Shown here piece after piece: positions 25,156 through 36,835 of a stretch of 38,202 nucleotides of DNA; positions within the stretch are counted from its first letter, which is position 1; each line of letters opens with the position of its first letter. Position numbers and translations under genes: made by a program. The stretch comes from Octopus bimaculoides. Its lineage: Eukaryota. The stretch covers positions 35,400,682 to 35,438,883 of the forward strand of contig NC_068988.1 in assembly GCF_001194135.2 (NCBI RefSeq), written 5' to 3'. Under the pieces are notes generated by a model, which saw only the letters and a program-made list of their open reading frames with translations, had not been told where the DNA came from and made no database searches.

Positions 25156-25362
25156 TTACAATACAATTATGTGTCTACAATATATGTATCACATCCAGTG
25201 CATCAGATACGCCGAATGTTTCATAGGCAGCATTATTCGGCCATTAGATATGCGAATTCAAGGCGCATCGCGCATACACAATGATTTTCTTTCTGTTACG
25301 TAATGCTTCAAGCAAACTACAACACTCTCCTAATCACTATCTTTGTGTTTTACTCAATTCAT

Positions 25363-25447
25363 ATGTATTATTCAATTATCGGATGTCTATTGATTATTGT
25401 ATTCTTGTTCTTGCTAGAAGCATATCTCTATTCGGTGACGACAACAG
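25363..25447 (+). CDS. Candidate signal-peptide exon (MYYSIIGCLLIIVFLFLLEAYLYSVTTT, phase 1)
   Basis: ATG at 25363 (or 25303), hydrophobic core, CAG|GTATGT donor. The donor coincides with the start of a (GTAT)n microsatellite. Confidence 0.15.
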
Positions 25448-25647
25448 GTATGTATGTATGTATGTATGTATGTATGTATGTATGTATATTTGTATGTATA
25501 TGCGTATGTATGTATGTATGTATGTATGTGCATGTTTGTTTGTACGTATGTATATGCATGTTTATATGTATGTATATACACACACAAACACACACACATA
25601 TATTGTGTATGTCTATTCTAAACTATATACAATGCACACAAATATTT

Positions 25648-25731
<84 letters not shown>

Positions 25732-26393
25732 TATGTATATACACACATGCATTTTTATATGTACATATGTACAAATGTCTTGGGTATATGTAAGTGCATG
25801 CGCACATGTGTACATGTACATAACACACTTGTCGCAATCTTCAAGAGAGCTTAATAATATCTGCGATAAACATTTTGGTTCCAATTATAGACATTTAATA
25901 CCAGTTGAATCTATTATGCGTTATCATTAAAATAACACATTCTCTACAGTACGGTGTGTTATCTATTTTCTGTAAGTTTCAATCTTTTAAGGTTTATGTA
26001 AAGCAAAATTATTAATTTGTCCACAAAATGCCAGAAATTAACAGTAACTCTCTTATTCGTTGAGGTCTTGATTTCTCATCAAATCGATGGCATATTTGAG
26101 TCTTTGACCGAATTTTATTTTTGGCATAGGTGGTGTACAACTTTGATACTCTTCGTATGAATATAAACATTTTTGTTTACTATTGCTAAGATATGAACAA
26201 CAGTCATATGCTTGCGTTTATACAAATGCATAAACCTATTCAAGCATGTGTGTGTATGTGTGTGTGGGTGTCTGTGACTGTGTGTGTCTGTCTGTGGTTG
26301 TGTGGGTTTTCGTGCGCGTCTTCGCGTTAGCACTCTTATTTTCTCTTATAAAAGTAGTTTTAATGCAGTCGGTATGAGAAACAATAGATAGGG

Positions 26394-26439
<46 letters not shown>

Positions 26440-26994
26440 ACTCTTATTTGCTGTTACCAGAGTAATTTTGATCCACAGTCAGTATGAGAAGCAACAGATG
26501 TATATGTTACGTTCATCACAAGCCTGTCACATTTGTTGTAACCCAACTGTGTCCAGCTGTGCGTGTTTGTGGTATATAAATTATCGTTCATTAGAAATAA
26601 CACTTGAAGGTGACTCACTGCATGTATATCCGTGGGTGCAGTTGTGTTGTCATGTATCCGTCAGTTAAGCACGTCATAGGTGGGTTTCGGGCTATGGAAG
26701 CGAATTTGAAGAGAGTTTATCTTTTAAAAGACATTGCAAGACAGCTAGATTTATCCACGCACGACTAATGAAAACAGAAGCGTGTTCAATGCCGACATTC
26801 ACCAGTCATACAGTAACGCAGCAAACACTACGAAACGGAAATCCGACGCATCGCTAGCAATGACAAGAACTTAAGAGAAATATATTCTCCTGTTATGATC
26901 GTAGGGAAGATTCGAATTCAGAACTGAAAACCAACGAAAAGTTAGACTATTATATAGCAATCTTCATTAGAGATCAGTTTCTAATTATTTAGAT

Positions 26995-27323
26995 CAGCGG
27001 TTCTGAAAATGTTCGTTCTTGGTTGCTTATTCTTCATATATGGCAGTATATCATCAAATGTTTGAATACCCTAAAATGGATAACTGTGGATCCCATTTTA
27101 TGGGTATCATTAGAGGAATACATAATATAAATAAACGTATGATTTAAGAGTTATATTTGGTAGTCAAAAATTCCAGATATATTTGAGTACTTTTTTCTAA
27201 CACTTAGAATGCACCATTGTAAAGCACTGTTCATTTAAAATTTCAGCGTTTTCATAAAACTTGTGTATCTTCACTTTTTTATATACGCCCTAAAGCTATC
27301 TGCACCTCAGTTTTGAACCTCTG
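26995..27323. mobile_element. Non-autonomous hAT (Charlie-like) MITE
   Basis: The left end CAGCGGTTCTGAAA and the reverse complement of the right end CAGAGGTTCAAAAC resemble CAGGGGTTCTCAA hAT termini. The 8-bp TSD is not conserved. Confidence 0.45.
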
Positions 27324-27389
27324 TACTATCTAAATGAACTGCAATATCTTATTAGATGATTGTTTATCAAGCAACGAAACACGTATCGC

Positions 27390-27466
27390 ATACTTGGCGA
27401 GTCGAACCGTTAAATTCACGATCCAGTCGATGTTAAAATAACATTACCAACTCGGCCACACACAGC
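27390..27466 (-). mobile_element. Degenerate tRNA-like Pol III head (SINE relic)
   Basis: Reverse strand A-box TGGCCGAGTTGG (27458-27447) and B-box GGTTCGACTC (27408-27399), 38 nt apart; I could not fold a cloverleaf. Confidence 0.35.
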
Positions 27467-28189
27467 TTTAATTATATAAATATTCCTTCGCAAGTAATCC
27501 TTCTTAAATATGAATCTACCATTATCTGAACATTATATAATATTATTCAGCCTTTTTGTCAATATTTCTGTATTCAAAGAACACTTCTGTGTTTTGAATT
27601 TCAATTGGCAGATTACATTAGATTTACGAAAATATCACATGCGACTTTGACAAACAAGAATTAATGAGTTTACGCAGATTATAACAATGTGAACATTATT
27701 TTATTTGCAAATTTCTATAAATGATGATTTTCTTTTTTAAAGATATGTTCACAAGATTTGTTCGATGTAAACAGTAATTCCAATGAAGGAGAAAGTGATA
27801 ACAAAATCGGAGAAATTATTACAAGGGAACGAAATATTGTTACCTGACAAAAGAAAAAAAAGGATTAAAATAACATCAGAAACATGAATAGCAGCAGCAA
27901 CGACAGGAACAAGAATAACAAAAGCAGCAGCAGCAGCAACAATGACTACAACAACAACAAGTACAGCAATAGCAATTGTTTCAAATATCATTCGTATTTA
28001 ACAATAAAACCTCATTTAGAAGAAAACAGCTACAATAACTAGTGAAATAAACGAAAACTCCTTCTGCTGTTCTGAATAGAGAGAATAGCGGGTAACAATG
28101 TTCAGCTCGAAATACTCATTGATTTGGATGAGTTCTGTCACCATATAAGTGGAGTTTGGCAACGGTGATGACGACGACGGCAATTATTA

Positions 28190-28240
<51 letters not shown>

Positions 28241-28249
28241 TCGTTACAG

Positions 28250-28473
28250 ATGAAGACGCTAATGATGACGTGGTATTTGTTGTCTTGGAAGACAGTAACT
28301 CTCATCGCCTATTAAAAATGGAAAATGGTTCGGGAGTAAAAGTGGAATTTCTATTACAAGTGATACCAGAACAACAGGTTCTCGTTGAAATTCCAGACAG
28401 GTCGGATATCAACGTCGCGACAGAGAACAGAAGACACGGTTGTCACCAACTGGACATATGTGGGCGATTCTAA
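28250..28473 (+). CDS. Candidate terminal exon (phase 1) ending ...ENRRHGCHQLDICGRF*
   Basis: cgttacag| acceptor after (ATT)n; 74 open codons of non-repetitive sequence; in frame with the 25363-25447 candidate. Confidence 0.2.
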
Positions 28474-29009
28474 CCACTTGAAATCCTTCTGCTCAAAACT
28501 GAAGGCGTAATTATGGAGGGCTTCACTACTTGCAGTAAGAAAATTACAACTACAGCACAAGCAGAAGACCGCCGCTCTCACGAGAACAACAACAACCACA
28601 AAAATACAACTGAAACACAAACTCAGAAACATCCGAACATATATGGTCTCTTTCTTGCACGTCCTTTGATCTCTCTCTCTCTTGGAGAATTCATCACGCG
28701 ACGAAATGAGGAAATAGGGGAAAATAGGAAAAGACGCTTCACCCCCAAATCTAGCAGCTTATAAAAATGCGCAGTTATCCTGTGAGTCATAATCCACAGC
28801 CAAACTCACAACCATATCTACAATGCCATTAACAGCAGCGAAAAAGTACATACACACGCACATCAGTGGAACGCACAAAATACAAAATGTGCGAAGAAGT
28901 AACAAGAAAACTGCAGGAAAGCTGCGTGATAGGGTGTCAGCCGTGACATGCAGTCCAACATACAACTTGTTTGACATTACGTTTTTATTCTTCTCTTCCT
29001 TTTTATTTT

Positions 29010-29160
29010 GAAATGCGCATTCTATTTTTATTCTTCCGTTTTACGAATTCAGTGTGCGCATGCGTGTTCATTCTTTTTTTCCGATTCCTACTCAAAACTG
29101 TTTACAGACTACAACCATCTGGCAAACTGCGTTCGTGAGGAGCGCTTCGCGCTCCCATAA
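29010..29160. promoter_or_regulatory. Promoter-like CpG-rich patch with NRF1/Ewg-type motif
   Basis: TGCGCATGCG at 29055-29064, TGCGCAT at 29014-29020 and GACTACAA at 29107-29114; visibly CpG-rich relative to the flanks. Confidence 0.3.
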
Positions 29161-29199
29161 TTGTGAAATGAACAAAAACAAATATAGGAAAAGAAAAGC

Positions 29200-31900
29200 A
29201 TCACAGAATTCCTAGATATCTGTCTGTATTCCTCATTATTCCACAGTGATCAAATGATGTGTTTTGGTAATTTTATCCCATCAAAGGTTACCTTCAAGAC
29301 ACTCTTCATAATTAGCACTGTGCACTTATTTACTCCAAACTGCATTCCAATACACTTACTGAATACTCTCACTGTTGGGATCAAAGGATCTAAATCCATC
29401 TCAATTTTTTTGTATACAACTTGAGGTCATCCATATAAAGTATGTGAGCTATTCTCATCTTGGATTTAGTAAACTTATAACCAGGCCTGGATTTTTTTAG
29501 TTTACTTGGTTGGCGCAATGACGAAGAGTAATGGAGAAACTGAGTCTTCTCGGAAAATACCCCTGCAAATTTTTACATTAACTAGCGATTCATTTGCATA
29601 TGTCAGTTCTACTTCCCAGTGTAATTGCTTTCTCCAAAAAGTTATTTAGCTTCTCCTTGTCTCCGAGTGTTCCCAGTCACTCCAAGGAGTAACTGTGTGG
29701 ACATTGTCATAAGCCTTCCTGTAATGTAACCATTCAGCACCTAAATTCTTATTCCTTCTTCATGCCTCTTTTAACCTCTCTCTAAGGCGGCGAGCTGGCA
29801 GAAACGTTAGCACACCGGGCGAAATGCTTAGCGGTATTTCGTCTGCCGTTACGTTCGGGGTTCAAATTCCGCCGAGGTCGACTTTGCTTTTCATTCTTTC
29901 GGGGTCGATAAATTAAGTATCAGTTGCGCACTGGGGTCTATGTAATCCACTTAATCCCTTTGTCTGTCCTTGTTTGTCCTCTCTGTGTTTAGCCCCTTGT
30001 GGGCAATAAAGAAATAAGAAACGTTAGTACGCCGGGTGAAATGCTTAGCGGTATTTCGTCTGTCTTTACATTCTGAGTTCAAATTCCACCGAGGTCAACT
30101 TTGCTTTCATACTTTCCGGATCGATAAGATCCAGTTGCATATTGGGGTCACTCGAATCTACTGGCCGCCCCGCTCAAAATTTCGGGCCTTGTGCCTTGAG
30201 TAGAAAAGAATATTCTTCTCTCTATATTATAAGATATCAGCATTGCGCCTTGATTTCTGGCTACAACCTTTTTTCCCCTCTGGTAATAAATTCTCCTTTT
30301 CCAGAAAATTATATACTTTACCTACAATGAGGTCAGTTGATAGTTTTCACAGTAAGGGTAAACAAATAACAGGCCTGTAATTGCTGACATCCTCTCTCTG
30401 TTCTTTGTTCTTCAGTATCAGCACTGTCCTTTCTTTTGTCATCCATGTTCGTATTCTATTTCTATGCAGTCAGTAAAAAAAATGGTCGTATATCACTGTG
30501 TATAGTTGGGAGTGTCTTGAAGCAGAAAATAGTGGACACTATCTCGTGGAGGTTTACTAGTTTGGTATTTTCTTAATCTACTCATACTTTTTTTCTTATC
30601 CATAATTGTTATATTTTCTCGTGTCGCTCCACTTTCCATTTCTCATCGAAATTCTCGCGATCAACTTGTTTTTGTATCATGTTGGAATTCTTCGCTACAG
30701 ATTTCTACCCCAAATCTCGTTGCTGCTTCAGCATCTAGCCTATCATTTCCACGATGCTCTTTATTATTCAGTGATCTTACAGAGTTGATCTTACAGAGTT
30801 GATCTTACAGAGTCTGTTCTGGTAGCATCTGTATTTTTTTTTACCCGATACTGCTTTGATTCTTTGCTTGCGTTCCTCTTTAACTACTTGCAGTCCTTCG
30901 AATTTTGAAATTCATTTGCAGTTCGCTCCTGTGTCTTTCCTTCAAACTCTTCTTTTCTATGATTGCCTGTATCCTTCCAAGCTATCTCTTCAGCTTCACT
31001 TTTGACCTCTAGAGTTTTCACAGTGACAGAGGTTACTCAGTATATAATGTCTTTAAGACGCGCTATGTTTTCGACGTAGATTTTCGTTAACAGTTGGTCT
31101 ATCTTTTTCACTACTTTATATAGCCTTCCTCTTTCGATTCCTCTCCGAGTTGGTCCCCTCTTTCTTTGACTATATCGTGCCTCACTCAGATGTGTTAGTA
31201 AATTTCTTTCTTCCGCTGGAACAATATTTCTACTCACAAACTAGAATTCACCATCAACCAAGCAGCCGTTTCTTTTGCGGGTAGTTACTAGTCGCACTGC
31301 TTATCCTAGCTCTTGTTCTATTTTTTTTTTGTTTTTTGCTCTTCGTGTTTAGCGTAGTTATGTTCACACACTTTCACTATCGTACCCTCCAGTTCCAACA
31401 GGGATAGACGCTGTCTCTTCACGATTAACTTTGTTTGGTCTAGAGGTCTTTGCTCCAAGATGTGCAACATGTACTTGTCCAAATTTTATGCATTCTTTTC
31501 CGGTGTCCTATTTGGTAGACTCGCTTCTATAACAGCATCCCATTTCACTTCTATTGTCGTTTTGTGTCTATGTTCTCCAATCCTTTGCAAACAGTATCGG
31601 GAAAACGATTAGGTCCACCCTGATAAGCAATGGAATACCTCATTCGGGGTTCGAGTCTTATGAACACAGTTTTCATGATTTTTATTTGACATTACACTAC
31701 TAAAGATGACAGTGTTGTGAAGTGTCGCAACTGCCAGTGATTTTATCAAGACACCATCTCTAGGGGTTGCCAGTCAAGGCTAAAGGAACACTCTTCTCTC
31801 TGTTTAGATTTGTTCCAATGAATACGTTCGCTGCCTTTTGTTGTTCTTGGGTTTTTCGCTATTGCTATTATTACTGCAGTCCTGAGCAGTACTCGTCCCA
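29200..31900 (-). mobile_element. Degraded Dong/R4-clade retrotransposon (5' region through RT), interrupted by a SINE
   Basis: Reverse-strand motifs EQRPLDQTKLIVKRQRLSLLELE, WMTKERTVLILKNKEQREDVSNYRPVICLPLL, WLHYRKAYDNV, RGIFREDSVSPLLFVI and HILYMDDLKLY (YMDD at ~29426-29437); many stops and frameshifts. Confidence 0.85.
29783..30213 (+). mobile_element. SINE family B, copy 2 (dimeric), inserted in the Dong RT
   Basis: TAAGGCGGCGAGCTGGCAGAAACGTTAGCAC...; the head block AGAAACGTTAG..CCGGG.GAAATGCTTAGCGGTATTTCGTCTG recurs at ~30016. The Dong frame resumes on both sides, with CTCTCT at both junctions. Confidence 0.85.
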
Positions 31901-31992
31901 TCGGCTATACTAATACAGAAAAGCTGTTTGAATGACCATTGACACCTCAGAGTTCATCCTCTATTTGACAAGTCATGTTTTCCACCCTGCAG

Positions 31993-32037
31993 GGAGACAA
32001 ATAACAATAAGAACATCCTCTTCACAGATCTCACTTT
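31993..32037 (+). CDS. Candidate 45-nt symmetric exon
   Basis: gttttccaccctgcag|...CACTTT|gtgagt; open in 2 frames (ETNNNKNILFTDLT or RQITIRTSSSQISL). Confidence 0.2.
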
Positions 32038-32186
32038 GTGAGTTTGCCGGCTTAGTTACAGACGAATCAACATTTGTGATTCAAATGCACGACTTCAGTT
32101 ATGGTGGTCGTGAAGGGGCGAACGTCACGTACTTCAGTAAATATTATACGAAGACAAATGTAATGAAAATTAAACAATTTAAAGGT

Positions 32187-32240
<54 letters not shown>

Positions 32241-32247
32241 TGTTATT

Positions 32248-32465
32248 AGCTGGCAGAATCGTTTGTACGCTGGTCAAGATGCTTAACGGTGTTTCGACCG
32301 TCGCTCCGATCTGAGTTCAAATTCCGCCGAGGTCGACTTTGCCTTTCATATTTTCGGGGTCGATAAATTAAGTACCTGTGAAACACTGGAGTCAGTATAA
32401 TCGATTAGTCTCCTCTCACAACATTGAGGCTTTGTACCTGCATTAGAAAGTATTATTATCATTAT
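32248..32465 (+). mobile_element. SINE family B, copy 3, next to (AAT)n (32189-32240)
   Basis: AGCTGGCAGAATCG...CTGAGTTCAAATTCCGCCGAGGTCGACTTTGCCTTTCAT...GGGGTCGATAAATTAAGTACC. Confidence 0.85.
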
Positions 32466-32897
32466 ATGTATGTGGTGGCACTATTTGATGAACTGGTAAA
32501 CACACTACGATGACAACTCAAATGACTGCTGGTGTTGAAAAAAATATCAATTCCCGACACGAAGCCCTAGAGAAGACTCTTTAACTTTAGGCCTAAAACA
32601 TGCTTGTCAAAAGATATAAATCACTTTTATACATACTATGTAATAGGCATGTTACGCATCTGCAGAATATTTACATTGTAGTAGATAAGAGAGATGCAAG
32701 TTCTAAAGACCAATTACAACTTGAGTCATCCATCGTACAGGACTACAGAAAGAGGAAAAGAAACCTTATGGTAATGTGACCGAAAATTGTGTATTAGCCT
32801 AGTTCAGTTTTAATACTAGGGAGAATTCTCATAAATTAAACAGTCCCAATAGTTTCAATATGCAGTATCCGTGTCACATGAAAAAGGAAAACAACCA

Positions 32898-33133
32898 TTG
32901 GCGCAGGCGTGGCTATATAGTAAGCAGCTTGCTTCTCAAGTTCATGGTTTCCAGTTCAGTCTAACTGCATAGCACTTTCGGCGCATGTCTTCTACTAAAG
33001 TCTAGGATCGAGAAAAGCCTTGTGAGTGGATCTAGTAGACAGAAACTGAAAGAAACCTGTCGTGTACACACACACACACACANNNNNNNNNNNNNNNNNN
33101 NNNNNNNNNNNNNNCACATACACACACACACAT

Positions 33134-33164
<31 letters not shown>

Positions 33165-33420
33165 TACACATACACACACACATATATATGTGTGTGTGTG
33201 CTTGTGTCTGAGTTTGTCCCCATTACCGCTTGACAACCGTTGTTGGTTTGCTGATGTCCCCGTAACTTAGCGGTTCGGCAAAAGAACTCTGATAGAATAA
33301 GTACTAGGCTTGAAAAAAGCATAAGTCCTGTGGTCGATTTGTTCGAGTAAAACCCTTCAAGGCGGTGCTCCTGCATGGCCACAGTCAAATGAAATACAAG
33401 TAAAATATAAAAGAATAAAA
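32898..33420 (+). mobile_element. SINE family A, copy 4
   Basis: TTGGCGCAGGCGTGGCT...GTCTTCTACTA...CCTTGTGAGTGGAT, internal (CA)n with a gap, then GGCGGTGCTCCTGCATGGCCACAGTCAAATGA. Confidence 0.85.
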
Positions 33421-33858
33421 AATATTACTACAAAGCAAAAAGAAGATAAATAAGATCAGCACTTTGCCCATGAGAGGAGGGATCATTTTTGTAGAATACA
33501 TATGTGCTCTACTTCTTTGCCTTGCTCTGCTTCCATAAAAAAAAGGGAAATGACATCATCAGCAGGTACAAACTATTAACCATGTTTTTGTCTTGGATTA
33601 AACTCTGTAGGGAAATCTATAAGAAAACATTCAGAAATCCAGTCAAAACATAAAAATTGGCTTTGGCGCAAGATGAATTTGGTAAAGGTACCATAAAATG
33701 GAGGCAATTTAAAACTGAATTTAAAACTGAATCAGTGATTAGAAGCAGGACACCTTATACACATACTAAGGAATAGATGGGAAAATGCAATAGAGAAAAG
33801 GAGAAAATGAGAAAAGTGTACCATAGAAGAATAAGTTTAATATTAGAACAAAGACACA

Positions 33859-34228
33859 GTAGTAGTAATGATATGGTAAAAGGGGTAAAGAGTCCTCTTC
33901 GGTCATGAATGACCATAGGATTGCACCTAGAAAGTAACCCTCGAGACACAAGTCCAGGAAAGGTTGCTTATGGAAGACCAACAGTCGCCCACGCATACCA
34001 GCCTTCCCTCTCCACACCACCGATGTTATCCAAGGGAGAGGCAAAGGCCGATAGAGATTGGCACTAATGATGCTGCAATTCATTTCTACAGCTGAGTGAG
34101 CTGGAACAACGTGAAATAAAGTGTCTTGCTCAAGAACACAGCACAGTACACAGCCCAATCCGGGAATCGAACTCACTACCTCATGATTGTGAGCCCAACG
34201 CTCTAGCCACGGAGCCGTGCACCTTCAT
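33859..34228 (-). mobile_element. tRNA-derived SINE family C with CORE-like central segment
   Basis: Reverse strand ATGAAGGTGCACGGCTCCGTGGCTAGAGCG...GAGTTCGATTCCCGG (B-box), then TTCTTGAGCAAGACACTTTATTTCAC. Confidence 0.8.
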
Positions 34229-36690
34229 GATACAGTTAGTATAAATGCATTAGTTATTCTAGTTATATATTGAAACTTCAGTATATAACGAATTGAAATT
34301 TAACAGAATAGAAGAGCTTCAATAAGAAAAAAGTTATAAACATTCTTAAAGATAACGAAACAAAAAATTTGTAGCAGACTTCCGAAACCATCACTAGAAG
34401 GCTGATACTCTATACGGCACAAAAAGAGGACAGGATCTGATAAAAAAAATAATAAATATAACAAGATAAGAGGAGTGAAACTAGAATAATACTTAAAAGC
34501 AAGCCATTAATTAGTGTAATCAGACAAGATGAAAAACATTTCTCAGTATAAGGAAACAATGAAGTACAAACTGGAAACGAACTGCACTGAAAAAATGATT
34601 TAGATAAGGACAAAACAACAAAACATTTTGAAAAACAGAAGATAATATCAATATACAATTCCAAAATATAATGAGAGAAAATGGAAATAAAGAGCACCCG
34701 TTGTCTATTACTCGACAAAGAACCACTGTAAAAGCCAACAATGGATTAAAATTCCTGAGCTAAAAGCAAGTACAGAATGTATGAGTGTAGTTTCATTGTT
34801 GCAATGTTGAAAAAATAAACCTATTATAAATCTTAAATGAAGATAAAAATGAAGGGCTGAGTACGTCACATGCGGCTCCTGAGTCCATGTCAGGAAATAT
34901 TTACATAGACAAGTGATTGTTCATGTAAATATGTGTTATAAAGTGTCTTATAAACATCTACTGAATATGAGATAACGGTCTGGATACAGCCATAGAAAAC
35001 TTGACCGGTCAGACGAACAAAGAGATCAAGGAAAATATACGATAATATAATAAACAGATATAATAAGCACTGTCTGTAGTCTAAGAGATAACTCGGAAAT
35101 TTTCTGGTCAAAACATTGCTCGGAGTTAGGTGGGGAATCAGTCAAAGTTCAAAGATCTCGAAACTTAAATAATCAGACTGTCGGTTATGAAAGTGAAAGC
35201 GATAAAATTTACTAATAAAAATTGGAGCACTAGGTATGATAGAAAATGTGTATAAAACTTTTAAACAAGACAAGAGCTCAACAATTTACACATAATGTGC
35301 ACGATGACAACGTTAGGAAGATCGTTCATCCTACGCAAGGCATTTTCAATTCAATAAGGACGACTCGTATGAGTCTCTGTATACAACACATAGTCTTCAT
35401 ATTCGCAACCAACAAAGCAATATAATATATGTTATTTAATATATACCGATGGCTAGATCATTAGGAACTCACATAACTGCGTATAACACAGTTGTCATTC
35501 ATTAGTATGACGCAGCTGTTCATCAATTTCTTGTTTACCTACGCGCCCGTCACTTAGACACATAACACTAAATACACAACATATTTGAAACACAAACACC
35601 AACAAAATAGCAGAAATCGTTATATATATNNNNNNNNNNNNNNNNNNNNNNNNNNNNNNNNNNNNNNNNNNNNNNNNNNNNNNNNNNNNNNNNNNNNNNN
35701 NNNNNNNNNNNNNNNNNNNNNNNNNNNNNNNNNNNNNNNNNNNNNNNNNNNNNNNNNNNNNNNNNNNNNNNNNNNNNNNNNNNNNNNNNNNNNNNNNNNN
35801 NNNNNNNNNNNNNNNNNNNNNNNNNNNNNNNNNNNNNNNNNNNNNNNNNNNNNNNNNNNNNNNNNNNNNNNNNNNNNNNNNNNNNNNNNNNNNNNNNNNN
35901 NNNNNNNNNNNNNNNNNNNNNNNNNNNNNNNNNNNNNNNNNNNNNNNNNNNNNNNNNNNNNNNNNNNNNNNNNNNNNNNNNNNNNNNNNNNNNNNNNNNN
36001 NNNNNNNNNNNNNNNNNNNNNNNNNNNNNNNNNNNNNNNNNNNNNNNNNNNNNNNNNNNNNNNNNNNNNNNNNNNNNNNNNNNNNNNNNNNNNNNNNNNN
36101 NNNNNNNNNNNNNNNNNNNNNNNNNNNNNNNNNNNNNNNNNNNNNNNNNNNNNNNNNNNNNNNNNTATATATATATATATATATATATATTTCAACACAA
36201 AAGATGAAACACTAAAATGACATAAAACCAACAAAAAATACGTAATTACATCAAAGCAAAACTAATGTAGTGTACCGCCCCAACTATAACTCTGCAAAAT
36301 GACAATGCTACACAAAATGTAGAAGTACGGGGAAGGACAGGATGATACAGCAGAAGCTGGTATAAAACTGCCGAATACGTAGATTATAACAATACTAAAT
36401 CTACAATAATTTTATTTTCGATTTATCTCCTGATTCTAATTTTATACTTATTGAATGAAATAGAAGGGAAAATTCTTTATCAGAATAACTAAGAATCTGA
36501 TTAAGATAAATATACCTCAATGGAATTCTTCGCATCTATATAAAGACACGCACCCACACGTATGTGTGCGAGTATGGGTGTGTCTGTGTGTATTTGTATA
36601 CACACACATATATATATGTAAATATTAAATGTACAGATACATATATGTGTCTGTGATACATACATACATACATACATATATACATACATA

Positions 36691-36739
<49 letters not shown>

Positions 36740-36811
36740 ACTCACACACATGAGGCTGAGTAAGAAGTAAGCAACGCTTTGAAATATGAAATTCATCACA
36801 ATATATTTCAG

Positions 36812-36835
36812 CAATGCCGAAATTCTTTTCGTCGA
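36812..36835 (+). CDS. Candidate 24-nt symmetric micro-exon
   Basis: atatatttcag|CAATGCCGAAATTCTTTTCGTCGA|gtaagt; all three frames open. Confidence 0.2.

Larger units (their letters stand above)
32490..35340 (+). mobile_element. Very degraded Dong/R4-clade retrotransposon (RT to REL), interrupted by two SINEs
   Basis: Ordered motifs NFRPKTCLS, SKDQLQLESSIVQDYRKRKRNL, ALLLCLALLP, KEKMRKVYHRRISLIL, INALVILV, QQWIKIPELKASTE and QSKFKDLE...KIGALGMI. Confidence 0.65.

Noticed and set aside
27390-27466. Possible tRNA gene
   Set aside because: A and B boxes are present, but I found no acceptor or anticodon stems; treated as a SINE relic.
30773-30813. Three tandem 14-bp units (GATCTTACAGAGTT)
   Set aside because: No spacers, and it lies inside a dead Dong copy; this is a slippage duplication, not CRISPR-like or regulatory.
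31700-31900. Possible HDV-like ribozyme in the Dong 5' region (TAGCCTTGACTGGCAACCCC on minus)
   Set aside because: HDV-like ribozymes are known in some R2, R4 and RTE 5' UTRs, but I could not build the nested pseudoknot by hand; a covariance or descriptor search is needed.
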